A program made the translations under genes and the position numbers. From the NCBI GenBank assembly GCA_963716255.1, contig OY970303.1, positions 7,168,001-7,232,000 of the forward strand: 64,000 nt of DNA, read 5' to 3'. Source of the stretch: an uncultured Gemmatimonadales bacterium (GTDB lineage Bacteria > Gemmatimonadota > Gemmatimonadetes > Longimicrobiales > Longimicrobiaceae). Position 1 is the first letter of the stretch. Every line of letters starts with the position of its first letter. Positions 47,132 to 56,183 of the stretch are shown piece after piece. The notes below the pieces were generated by a model. The model did no database searches, was not told the DNA's origin, and worked only from the letters and a program-made list of their open reading frames with translations.

Positions 47132-48633
47132 GCGGCCCGGCGCGGCGGAGCGGCGTCGGCGGCTTCGTGCTCCTCGCCCTGGCGACGGCGCTCCCGGCGC
47201 TGCTGATCGCGGGCCACGACCCGCGCGTCCCCACCGGGACCCGGCTCTGGGCGGCGCTGCTCTGGGTGCTGTGCCTGCTGCCGAGCTGGGCCCGTTTCCT
47301 GGCGCTGACGCCCCGGCGTCCGATCCCCTTCCTCCCCATCGTCGGGCTCCTGTTCGCGAGCTTCTTCGCGCTGCCCATGTCGGCGCCGGTCGGGATGCTG
47401 GTGCAGCAGACGGTGCACATCAACCCGGCGGTGGACTACGACCTTCCCGTGCGGCTCGCCGTGGCGGGGTGGGCGTCGCTGCTGGCGGGCTACGCGTTCC
47501 TGGGCCTCGTGGGTGGGGCGGGACGCAGGCCGGCGGCGGCGGTCCGCTGGGACGCGCCGGCGCTCACCCGCCTGGCGCTGGCCCTCCTGGGCGCCAGCCT
47601 CGCCGTCCAGTTCGTCCGCCTGACGATGAACGTCCCCACGGTGGTCAACAGCATCGCGGTCCTGGTCGTCAGCTTCGGCTGGTTCGGCGCGGGGGTGCTG
47701 GTGATCCTGGCCGTCCGGGGCCAGCTGCCGTGGCCGGCGCGCGCGGCGATGGCCGCCGGGATCCTGGTCTCCGCCGTACTCCAGCTCGCGGGCGGCCAGG
47801 TCTCGGACGTGCTGGTGTGGGTGGCGGTCGTCAGCTTCGCCGTGCTCCTGGCGCGCGGCCACCTCGGCCGCCGCTGGATCCTTGTCATGGCGCTGCTGGG
47901 GTCCACGCTGATGATCTACCGCAGCATCAAGGGCGAGTGGAGCAACCTGGCCTGGTACAGCGGCACCCAGGTGTCGCCGCTCAAAAAGGTCCGGATCGCC
48001 TACGAGCTGGGCGCGCTGAGCGTGCGGGAAAGGGGCTTCGGGATGGCGGTGCTGGCGGGGATCGAGCGCACCGGCCGGTGGAGCACCGTGGACATGTTCG
48101 CCGACGTGGTGCGGAAGACGCCGCAGCGCGTCCCTTTCTGGGGCGGGCGCACGTACTACTCGCTGGCGGGGGTGCTGGTGCCGCGCGTGGTGTGGCCGGG
48201 GAAGCCCGTGAAGACGCTGGGGAACGACTTCGGGCAGCGGTACGGCTACCTCACCGCCGACGACCGGGGCACCTCCATCAACCTCCCCTTCTTCGTGGAG
48301 TTCTACCTGAACTTCGCCGTGACGGGGGTGATCGCCGGGATGTTCTTGGTGGGGATGCTGTACCAGGCGCTGGAGCGGCGCATCAACCGCCCGGGGCAGG
48401 ACGCCATCCTGTCCATCCTGGCGGTCAACGTGTTCGTGCCGCTCTTCAACGTGGAGTCGGACTTTTCCCTCCTGTTCGGCGGGATCTTCATGACGGGATT
48501 CCTCCAGTGGGTGCTCTTCCGGATGGTCCGCGCCCTGGCGGGGGAGAAGCCGCCGGCGCCGGCCCGGTCCGGCGCGGAGGCCGTCCCGGGCGGCGGCGCC
48601 GCGTGGGCGCTCCCCGCGCCCCCGTCCGCGTAG
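47128..48633 (+). CDS. Polytopic membrane protein, probable polysaccharide polymerase (Wzy-like)
   Basis: About 10-12 TM segments; large loop with VPRVVWPGKP and EFYLNFA; sits among glycosyltransferases. Confidence 0.7.
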   Translation: MSGPARRSGVGGFVLLALATALPALLIAGHDPRVPTGTRLWAALLWVLCLLPSWARFLALTPRRPIPFLPIVGLLFASFFALPMSAPVGMLVQQTVHINPAVDYDLPVRLAVAGWASLLAGYAFLGLVGGAGRRPAAAVRWDAPALTRLALALLGASLAVQFVRLTMNVPTVVNSIAVLVVSFGWFGAGVLVILAVRGQLPWPARAAMAAGILVSAVLQLAGGQVSDVLVWVAVVSFAVLLARGHLGRRWILVMALLGSTLMIYRSIKGEWSNLAWYSGTQVSPLKKVRIAYELGALSVRERGFGMAVLAGIERTGRWSTVDMFADVVRKTPQRVPFWGGRTYYSLAGVLVPRVVWPGKPVKTLGNDFGQRYGYLTADDRGTSINLPFFVEFYLNFAVTGVIAGMFLVGMLYQALERRINRPGQDAILSILAVNVFVPLFNVESDFSLLFGGIFMTGFLQWVLFRMVRALAGEKPPAPARSGAEAVPGGGAAWALPAPPSA

Positions 48634-48642
48634 CCCGCCGCC

Positions 48643-49773
48643 ATGCCGAGCCACGCCCCCGCGCGGTCCGCACCCCGGGCGGAGCCCCGCCTTCCCCCGC
48701 CGGGGCTGGCGGTGGTGAGCCTCACCCGGGGCGGCGACGGGATCGCGTACGTCGGCCGCCTGCTGCACGCGGCGCTGCGCGACCTGGCGGGCGAGGAGCC
48801 GCGCCTCGTCGCCCTGTCGCCCTCCTCGGAGGACGGGGTGTCGCTGGGGGAGCGGGGGCGCTTCGTGGCGCGGCTGGCGGCGGAGTCGGCGCGGCGCGGC
48901 GCCGGGGGGTGGATCTTCAACCACCTGGGGATCGCCCAGGCACAGCGGTGGGTGCCGGCGCCGCTGCGGCGCCCGTACGCGGTGTTCCTCAACGGGATCG
49001 AGGCGTGGGACCCGGCGCTGGCCCCCGCGCGCATGGCGGCGGTGCGGGGCGCGCGGGCCCGGGTCGCCATCTCGGGGTACACCCGCCGCCGCGTGCTCGC
49101 GGCGCACCCGGACGTGGGCCCGGTGGACGCGTGCCCGCTGGGGCTGCTGGACGACGCGCCCGCGGGTCCGGTGGACGCGGCGCTGCTGGAGCGGGTGGGC
49201 CCGCTCGCCGTGCTGGTGGTCGCGCGCATGAGCGCCTCCGAGCGCTACAAGGGGCACGACCAGCTGATCGAGTGCTGGCCGCGCCTCCTGGAGCGCGTCC
49301 CCGGGGCGCAGCTGGTGGTCGCCGGGCGCGGCGACGACGCCGAGCGCCTGCGCCGCAAGGCGTCCGCGGCGGGGCTGGCGGAGCACGTCCTGTTCCCCGG
49401 CTTCGTCCCCGACGCCACGCTGGAAGCGCTCTTTTGCCGCGCGGCGCTGTTCGCCATGCCCAGCCGCGGCGAGGGGTTCGGGCTGGTGTACCTCCAGGCG
49501 ATGCGCGCGGGGCTCGCCTGCGTGGGCTCCGACGCGGACGCCGCGGGCGACGTGATCGTGCACGGCGAGACCGGCCTGCTGGTGGACCCGCTGGACCCGG
49601 CCGCGCTCGCGGACGCGCTGGCGCGCCTCCTGGGCGACACGGCGCTCCGCGGCCGGATGGGGGAGGCGGGACGGCGCCGCTTCCACGACGGCTTCACCTT
49701 CGCCCGCTTCCGCGACCGCCTGGCGCCCATCCTGGCGGGCGCGTTCGGCGCGCCGGCGCCCGGGAGGCGCTGA
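48643..49773 (+). CDS. GT4 glycosyltransferase
   Basis: ERYKGHD and EGFGLVYLQAM motifs. Confidence 0.9.
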   Translation: MPSHAPARSAPRAEPRLPPPGLAVVSLTRGGDGIAYVGRLLHAALRDLAGEEPRLVALSPSSEDGVSLGERGRFVARLAAESARRGAGGWIFNHLGIAQAQRWVPAPLRRPYAVFLNGIEAWDPALAPARMAAVRGARARVAISGYTRRRVLAAHPDVGPVDACPLGLLDDAPAGPVDAALLERVGPLAVLVVARMSASERYKGHDQLIECWPRLLERVPGAQLVVAGRGDDAERLRRKASAAGLAEHVLFPGFVPDATLEALFCRAALFAMPSRGEGFGLVYLQAMRAGLACVGSDADAAGDVIVHGETGLLVDPLDPAALADALARLLGDTALRGRMGEAGRRRFHDGFTFARFRDRLAPILAGAFGAPAPGRR

Positions 49774-51629
49774 TGTGCGGGATCGCGGGGGCTTTCGGGG
49801 GGCAGGGCGCCGTGGGCGCGGCGCGGCGCATGGGGCGGGGGATCGCCCACCGCGGCCCGGACGGCTCCGCCCTCGCCGCGCTGGACGCGGCGGACGGCGG
49901 CGAGGCCGGCGCCATCGCGCACGCGCGGCTCGCCGTCATCGACCCCACCTCCGCCGGCGACCAGCCGATGTCGACCGCCGACGGCCGCTGGACGCTGGTG
50001 TTCAACGGGGAGATCTACAACTACCGGGCGCTCCGCGACGGCCTGTGCGCCGCGGGGGACCGCTTCCGCAGCGGATCGGACACGGAAGTGCTCCTCCTGG
50101 GGCTCGCGCGCCACGGTCCACCCTTCCTGGAGCGGCTGCGGGGGATGTTCGCGCTGGCGCTGTGGGACCGCGAGCGGGGGGAAGGGCTCCTGGCCCGGGA
50201 CCGCTTCGGGATCAAACCGCTGTACCTGGCGGATGCCGCGGGGCGGCTGGTCTTCGCCAGCGAGTTGCGCGCGGTGCTGGCGTCCGGGTGGACGGGGCGC
50301 GCCCTGTGCCCCGCCGCGGTGGCGTCGTACCTCGCCGCGGGCTCCGTGGCGGAGCCCCGGTCCGCGGTCCGGGGGGTGGGCGCCCTCCCCCCCGGCACCT
50401 TCGCCCGCTTCCGGGTGCGCGGCGGGGCGGCCACGCTGGACGCGCCCGAGGGGTACGCGTCCCCGCTCCCGCACTCCGCCGGGGCCCCGGAGCGCGACCC
50501 GGCGCGCGCGGCGCGGGGGGTGAGGGATGCGCTCCGCGACTCGGTGGAGCACCACCTGGTGGCGGACGTGCCCGTGGGCTTCTTCCTGTCCGGCGGGATC
50601 GACTCGTCGGCGGTGGCGGCGCTGGCCGCGGAGGCGCGCGGCGGGGCGGTGGACACCTTCACCGTGGTGTTCGAGGAGCGGGAGTTCAGCGAGGCGGGGA
50701 TCGCGGCCGCGGTGGCGCGGCGCCTGGGGGCGCGCCACCACGAGATCGCCCTGTCCGGCGGCGGGCTGCTGGCGGCGCTCCCGGACGCCTTCGCCGCCAT
50801 GGACCAGCCCTCGATGGACGGGCTCAACACCTACGTGGTCAGCCGGGCGGTGCGGGCGCACGGCCTCAAGGTGGTGCTTTCCGGGCTGGGGGGCGACGAG
50901 CTGTTCGCCGGGTACCCGTCCTTTTCCCGCGCGCGCGCCCTCGCCCGCCTGCCGCGCTGGACGGGACCGCTGCGCCGCGCGGCCGCCTCGGCGGCGGGGC
51001 GGCTGGAGGGCGCGCGCGCCGAGAAGGGCGCGCTGCTGCTGCGCGATCCCGACCCGGCGCTCGCCGCGTACCGCGCCTCGCGCGCGCTCTTCGGGCCGCG
51101 CGCGGTGCGCGCGCTGGCGGGCCGGGAAGCGGACCCGGGCACGGCGCGCCCCCCCGCGGGGCTCCCCCTGCTGCAGCGGGTGTCGTGGCACGAGACCACC
51201 GGCTACATGCGCGACACGCTGCTCCGCGACTCGGACGTGTTCAGCATGGCGCACGGCCTGGAGCTGCGCGTGCCCTTCGTGGACGCGGCGGTGGCCGCGG
51301 CGGCCGCCGCGGCGGACGACCGCCTCAAGCTGGGCCGCGGCTCCAAGCCGCTCCTCGTCGCCGCCGTGGCCGACCTCCTCCCCCGCGAGGTGTGGGACCG
51401 TCCCAAGCAGGGCTTCACCCTCCCCTTCGCGACGTGGCTCCGCGGCGCGCTCCACGACGAGGTCGCGGGGGCGTTCGCCGACGGTCCGTGGGAGCGCGTG
51501 GGGGTGGACGCCGCCGCGGCGCGCGCGGTGTGGAGCGACTTCGGCGCCGGCCGCGCGGGGTGGAGCCGCCCGTGGGCGCTGTACACGCTGCTCCGCTGGG
51601 CGCGGCACAACGACGTGGAGGCGGGGTGA
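49773..51629 (+). CDS. asnB: Second asparagine-synthase-like amidotransferase
   Basis: MCGIAG, HRGPD, FNGEIYNY, LSGGIDSS, SGLGGDE, LRDSD and KQGF motifs. Confidence 0.93.
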   Translation: MCGIAGAFGGQGAVGAARRMGRGIAHRGPDGSALAALDAADGGEAGAIAHARLAVIDPTSAGDQPMSTADGRWTLVFNGEIYNYRALRDGLCAAGDRFRSGSDTEVLLLGLARHGPPFLERLRGMFALALWDRERGEGLLARDRFGIKPLYLADAAGRLVFASELRAVLASGWTGRALCPAAVASYLAAGSVAEPRSAVRGVGALPPGTFARFRVRGGAATLDAPEGYASPLPHSAGAPERDPARAARGVRDALRDSVEHHLVADVPVGFFLSGGIDSSAVAALAAEARGGAVDTFTVVFEEREFSEAGIAAAVARRLGARHHEIALSGGGLLAALPDAFAAMDQPSMDGLNTYVVSRAVRAHGLKVVLSGLGGDELFAGYPSFSRARALARLPRWTGPLRRAAASAAGRLEGARAEKGALLLRDPDPALAAYRASRALFGPRAVRALAGREADPGTARPPAGLPLLQRVSWHETTGYMRDTLLRDSDVFSMAHGLELRVPFVDAAVAAAAAAADDRLKLGRGSKPLLVAAVADLLPREVWDRPKQGFTLPFATWLRGALHDEVAGAFADGPWERVGVDAAAARAVWSDFGAGRAGWSRPWALYTLLRWARHNDVEAG

Positions 51630-51647
51630 TGGGAAATCCGGCGAGGG

Positions 51648-51739
51648 GCCCTCACCCGGCGGCCTCCGAGCCGCCACCCTCTCCCTTCATACGGTTCACG
51701 CGAAGCGTGAAGCGCCATTCTGGGAGAGGGGGCAACTGC
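51648..51739. repeat. BoxC-like palindrome with TTCACGC-GAA-GCGTGAA loop insert
   Basis: Same unit as 11018-11103 and 28551-28636; ends in AACTGC. Confidence 0.8.
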
Positions 51740-51777
51740 TGGATATCGAGCCTGAGCGAGCCGGGTGGGGGCCCCGG

Positions 51778-51932
51778 CGGACGCCAGCGCGATGCCCGCG
51801 TGAGGGATTTCGGCCCGAAGGGGCGAGACCCGCGGGCAGTTTCGCGGGGCTCGACTCCGTTAGCGAGCGTTGTTTGCTCGCTTACGGAGCCGAAGCCCGA
51901 CCCCGGCGCCAGCCGGGGGCACGCCCGAACCC
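51778..51932 (+). repeat. Structured repeat family A, copy 10
   Basis: Matches the family A consensus. Confidence 0.95.
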
Positions 51933-51951
51933 GGCTTTTCAAAAAGCAGTT

Positions 51952-53106
51952 ATGAAGGTGCTGCACGTGATCCCCGCCACCGCGCCCCGGTATGGCGGGC
52001 CCAGCGTCGCCGTGCACGCCATGGCGAAGGGGGTGCGCGCGCTGGGCGCGGAGGTGACCGTCGCCACCACGGACGCGGACGGGCCCGGCCGGCTGCCCGT
52101 GCCGCACGGCCGGCCCGTGGACACGGACGGCGTGGAGTACCGCTACTTTCCCCGCTCGCTCCCCGGCGAGTGGAAGCTGTCGCTCCCGCTGGGAAGGTGG
52201 CTGCACGCGCAGGCCGGACGGTTCGACGTGGTGCACGTGCACGCGCTGTTCTCATACGCCACCATCCCGGGGTGCCGCGCGGCGCTGCGGCGCCGGGTGC
52301 CCTACGTCCTGCGCCCGCTGGGCACGCTGGACCCGTGGAGCCTGGCGCAGGGGAGCGCCCGGAAGCGCCCGTACCTGGCGCTGGTGGAGGGGACGCACCT
52401 CCGCGGGGCGGCCGCGATTCACGCCACCTCCGACGCAGAGGCCGAGGGGATCGCGGCGCTCGGCTTCGGGGCCCGCGTGCGCGTGATCCCGCTGGGCGCG
52501 GAGCCCGCCCCGGCGCCGCGAAGCCGCGGTCCCGGCGGGCCGCTGCGCGTGCTGTTCCTGGGGCGCCTGCACGCCAAGAAGGGGCTCCCGCTCCTCCTGG
52601 ACGCGGTGGCCGAGCTGGCCCGCGAGGGGCGCGCGGAGGTGGAGCTGGTGGTTGCGGGCGACGGCGAGCTGGCGTACCGGCGCGAGCTGGAGGAACGGGC
52701 GCGCGCGCTGGGGATCGCGGGACGGGTGCGCTTCGCGGGGCACCTGGAGGGGAGCGCGAAGGCGGCGGCGCTGGCCGGCGCCGACCTGTTCGTGCTCCCG
52801 TCGTACCAGGAGAACTTCGGGATCGCGGCGGCGGAGGCGATGGCGGCCGGGCTCCCGGTGGTGCTGTCGGACCGGGTGGGGATCGCGGAGCAGGCGGCGG
52901 CCGCGGGCGCGGGCACGGTGGTCCCCTGCGACGCCGGCGCGGTGGCCGCGGCGATCCGGCGGGCGACGCTGGACCCGGAGGCGCGGCTCCGGGCGGGGGA
53001 GTGCGCCGCGCGCCTGGCCCGCGGCGCGTTCGCGTGGGAGCACACCTCGCTGCGGCTCCTGGAGCTGTACCGCGAGCTGGCCTCGGCGGGGAGGGGGGGC
53101 GCATGA
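51952..53106 (+). CDS. GT4 glycosyltransferase
   Basis: MKVLHVIP...YGGP, FLGRLHAKKG and ENFGIAAAEAMA motifs. Confidence 0.92.
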   Translation: MKVLHVIPATAPRYGGPSVAVHAMAKGVRALGAEVTVATTDADGPGRLPVPHGRPVDTDGVEYRYFPRSLPGEWKLSLPLGRWLHAQAGRFDVVHVHALFSYATIPGCRAALRRRVPYVLRPLGTLDPWSLAQGSARKRPYLALVEGTHLRGAAAIHATSDAEAEGIAALGFGARVRVIPLGAEPAPAPRSRGPGGPLRVLFLGRLHAKKGLPLLLDAVAELAREGRAEVELVVAGDGELAYRRELEERARALGIAGRVRFAGHLEGSAKAAALAGADLFVLPSYQENFGIAAAEAMAAGLPVVLSDRVGIAEQAAAAGAGTVVPCDAGAVAAAIRRATLDPEARLRAGECAARLARGAFAWEHTSLRLLELYRELASAGRGGA

Positions 53107-53978
53107 GCGCGCGCGTGCCGATCGCGGTGGTGGTCCTCACGCGCGACGAGGAGGCCAACCTGGAGGCGTGCCTGGGCAGCGTCGCCGCCTGGGCGGGGGA
53201 GCTGTTCGTGGTGGATTCGGGGAGCACGGACGGCACGCTGGCCATCGCGGAGCGCTTCGGCGCGCGAGTCGTCCACCACCCTTTTACCTCGCACGCGCTG
53301 CAATGGGAGTGGGCGCTGGCCGCCCTTCCGCTCGCCGCGGAGTGGGTGCTGGGGCTGGACGCGGACCAGCGGGTCACCCCGGAGCTGGCGGCGGAGCTGG
53401 CCGGGCTCTTTTCCACGGCCGCGGGGCCCGCCGGGGTGGACGGCCTGTTCATCAAGCGGCGGCAGGTCTTCCGCGGCCGGTGGATCCGCCACGGCGGCTA
53501 CTATCCCAAGTACCTCCTCAAGGCCTTCCGCCGCGCCGCGGTGGCGCTGGACCGCGCGGACCTCATCGACCACCACTTCTACGTGGCGGGCGCCACCGCG
53601 CGATGCCGCCACGACTTGGTGGAGGAGAACCGCAAGGAGGACGACATCGGGTTCTGGATCGACAAGCACAACCGCTACGCGCGCCAGCACGCCCTGGAGG
53701 AGCGCATGCGCGCCGCGGGCGCGGCCTGGAAGGTGGAGCCCCGCTTCACCGGCACGCCGGACCAGCGGGTGCTGTGGCTGAAGCAGCGCTGGTACCGGAT
53801 GCCGCTCTTCGTGCGGCCGGCGATGTACTTCGTGCTGCGATACTTCTTCCAGCTCGGGTTCCTGGACGGCAAGCAGGGCTTCATCTTCCACTTCCTGCAC
53901 GCGTTCTGGTACCGCCTGCTGGTGGACATCCACCTGGACGCCGCCCGCGAGCCGGAGCGGGAGAAAAGGACCGCGTGA
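53103..53978 (+). CDS. GT2 glycosyltransferase
   Basis: VDSGSTD, LDADQ, KHNRYA and LGFLDGKQG motifs. Confidence 0.92.
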   Translation: MSARVPIAVVVLTRDEEANLEACLGSVAAWAGELFVVDSGSTDGTLAIAERFGARVVHHPFTSHALQWEWALAALPLAAEWVLGLDADQRVTPELAAELAGLFSTAAGPAGVDGLFIKRRQVFRGRWIRHGGYYPKYLLKAFRRAAVALDRADLIDHHFYVAGATARCRHDLVEENRKEDDIGFWIDKHNRYARQHALEERMRAAGAAWKVEPRFTGTPDQRVLWLKQRWYRMPLFVRPAMYFVLRYFFQLGFLDGKQGFIFHFLHAFWYRLLVDIHLDAAREPEREKRTA

Positions 53979-54045
53979 CGAGGAACCGGTGTGGTTCAGG
54001 CTCCCCGGGGCAGCATGGTGCCGAAGTCGAGCATGCCGCGCCGTT

Positions 54046-54097
54046 CTCCCCCTTTCCCCCGCTCGCGGGGGAGAGGGGGCCGGGGGGTGAGGGGGCC
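54046..54097. repeat. BoxC-like palindrome (family B, inverted)
   Basis: Near reverse complement of 9841-9890. Confidence 0.85.
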
Positions 54098-54105
54098 CAC
54101 AATCG

Positions 54106-54253
54106 CGGACGCCAGCGCGATGCCCGCGTGAGGGATTCCGGCCCGAAGGGGCGAGACCCGCGGGCAGTTTCGCGGGGCTCGACTCCGTTACGCAGCGTTG
54201 TTTGCTGCGTTACGGAGCCGAAGCCCGACCCCGGCGCAGCCGGGGTCACGCCC
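54106..54253 (+). repeat. Structured repeat family A, copy 11
   Basis: Matches the family A consensus. Confidence 0.95.
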
Positions 54254-54276
54254 AGATCGCGCTTTTCCACCCCGAT

Positions 54277-54918
54277 ATGATGGACACGCACGTGGAGTAC
54301 GGGTGGCGGAGCGCCGGCCCGCAGGGCTCCCACGAGTACCTGCTCCCCGCGGCGCTGGAGGAGGTCGCCCGCGCCGCCGCGGGACGGCCGCTGCGCATCC
54401 TGGACCTGGGGTGCGGCAGCGGCTACGTGGCCGCGGAGCTCGCCCGGCGTGGCCACGAGGTGGTGGGCGTGGACGTGTCCGAAGACGGGATCCGTCTGGC
54501 CCGCGACACGTACGGGGCGGAGCGGGCGGGCCTCCGCTTCCACGTGTGCTCGGTGTACGACGACGACTTCGCCGGCCGGGTGGGCGGCGCGGTGGACTGC
54601 GTGCTCTCGCTGGAGGTGGTGGAGCACCTGTACCTGCCGCGCGCGCTCTTCGCGCAGGCGCGGGGCCTGCTGCGGCCGGGGGGCGCGCTGATCGTTTCCA
54701 CGCCGTACCACGGCTACCTCAAGAACCTGGCGATCTCGCTGGCCGGGGGGTGGGACCGCCACTTCGGGGTGGACTGGGACGGCGGGCACGTCAAGTTCTT
54801 TTCCCCCGCCACGCTGCGGCGGATGGCCGCGGAGGCCGGCTTCCGGGACGTCCGCTTCCGGGGCATCGGCCGCGCGCCGCTGCTGTGGAAGTCCACGATG
54901 ATGGTCGCCCGCGGATGA
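54277..54918 (+). CDS. Class I SAM-dependent methyltransferase
   Basis: ILDLGCGSG, EVVEH, STPYHGYLKNL and GHVKFF motifs. Confidence 0.9.
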   Translation: MMDTHVEYGWRSAGPQGSHEYLLPAALEEVARAAAGRPLRILDLGCGSGYVAAELARRGHEVVGVDVSEDGIRLARDTYGAERAGLRFHVCSVYDDDFAGRVGGAVDCVLSLEVVEHLYLPRALFAQARGLLRPGGALIVSTPYHGYLKNLAISLAGGWDRHFGVDWDGGHVKFFSPATLRRMAAEAGFRDVRFRGIGRAPLLWKSTMMVARG

Positions 54919-56138
54919 AGGCATGGGCGCCGCTCCCGGAGGAGCCGGTGTGGCGGCCCGGCGCGCACGCCCCCGCGCTGGACGGGCTGCGGGGCGTCGC
55001 CATCGCGTGCGTGATGCTGTACCACCAGACGCTGATCGCGGGGAGCCCCGCCGCGCTGGACCGGGCCTTCGCCTTTCTCCCGCTGGGCGGCTGGGCGGGG
55101 GTGGACCTGTTCTTCGTGCTGTCCGGCTTCCTGATCACGGGGGTCCTGCTGGACTCGCGGGGCGAGACGGGATACTACCGGAACTTCTACGCGCGCCGCG
55201 CCCTGCGCATCCTGCCGCTCTACTACGCGGTGGCGGCGTTCAGCTTCCTGGTCCTCCCCCGCCTGGGCCACCCCGGGGCGGAGCGCTTCGCGCCGGTCGC
55301 CGCGGACCAGGGCTGGTACTGGCTCCTCCTGTCCAACGTCCCCATCGCGCTCAGCGGGGCGTTCCGGCACGGCGTCATGGACGTGTCGTGGTCGCTGGCG
55401 ATCGAGGAGCAGTTCTACCTGGCGTGGCCGCTGGTGGTGGCGCTCGTGCCGCGGCGGCGCCTGGCCGGGGTGTGCGCGGCGCTCGCGGGGTTCTCGCTCC
55501 TGTGGCGCGCGGGGGCGCTGCTGCTGGGCGCCGGCCCGGTGGCGGTGCTGGTGCTCACCCCGGGCCGGCTGGACGGGCTCGCGGTGGGCTCCCTGGTGGC
55601 GGTCGCCGCGCGCGCGCCCGGGGGGCTCGCCCGCCTGCGCGCGGGGTCGGGGCCGGCGGCGCTCGGCGCGGCCGCCGTGCTCGCCATCGTCGCCGCCGCC
55701 GCGGGAGGGCTCGATCCGCTGCGCCCCGCCATGCAGTCCGTGGGGTACGCCGCCTTCGTGGTCCTCGCGGGGGCGCTGCTGGTGGGCACCCTCGCCGCCT
55801 CCCGGACGTCGGCGCTGGCGCGGACGCTGGAGCGGGCCCCGCTGGTGGCGCTGGGCAGGTACAGCTACGCGCTCTACCTCTTTCACCTCCCGGTGCGGGC
55901 CGTGATCCGCGACGCGCTGCTCGCGCAGGGCTGGCCGCTCACGGTGGGTGGGGCGTATCTTCCGGCGCAGCTCGCCTTCTACGCCGTGTCCACGGGAGCC
56001 ACGCTGGCGCTCGCCTGGGCGAGCTGGCACCTGCTGGAGAAGCGCTTCCTCGCGCTCCGGCGCTTCGTGGGAGGGGAGGGTCCTCCCGCGCGCGCCGCCG
56101 CCCGGGCGCCGGCCGGAGCCGTCGCCGCGGCGGGGTGA
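54915..56138 (+). CDS. Acyltransferase-3 family O-acyltransferase
   Basis: LDGLRGVA, GVDLFFVLSGFLI, WSLAIEEQFY and YSYALYLFH motifs. Confidence 0.93.
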   Translation: MKAWAPLPEEPVWRPGAHAPALDGLRGVAIACVMLYHQTLIAGSPAALDRAFAFLPLGGWAGVDLFFVLSGFLITGVLLDSRGETGYYRNFYARRALRILPLYYAVAAFSFLVLPRLGHPGAERFAPVAADQGWYWLLLSNVPIALSGAFRHGVMDVSWSLAIEEQFYLAWPLVVALVPRRRLAGVCAALAGFSLLWRAGALLLGAGPVAVLVLTPGRLDGLAVGSLVAVAARAPGGLARLRAGSGPAALGAAAVLAIVAAAAGGLDPLRPAMQSVGYAAFVVLAGALLVGTLAASRTSALARTLERAPLVALGRYSYALYLFHLPVRAVIRDALLAQGWPLTVGGAYLPAQLAFYAVSTGATLALAWASWHLLEKRFLALRRFVGGEGPPARAAARAPAGAVAAAG

Positions 56139-56183
56139 CCCGCCTTCCGTCCATCCTTCCGCTCGCCAGTCATCCCGAATTCG

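Noticed and set aside
2441..54253. Family A as a CRISPR array
   Set aside because: The copies are ~155 nt, dispersed kilobases apart in both orientations, with no repeat-spacer periodicity and no cas genes.
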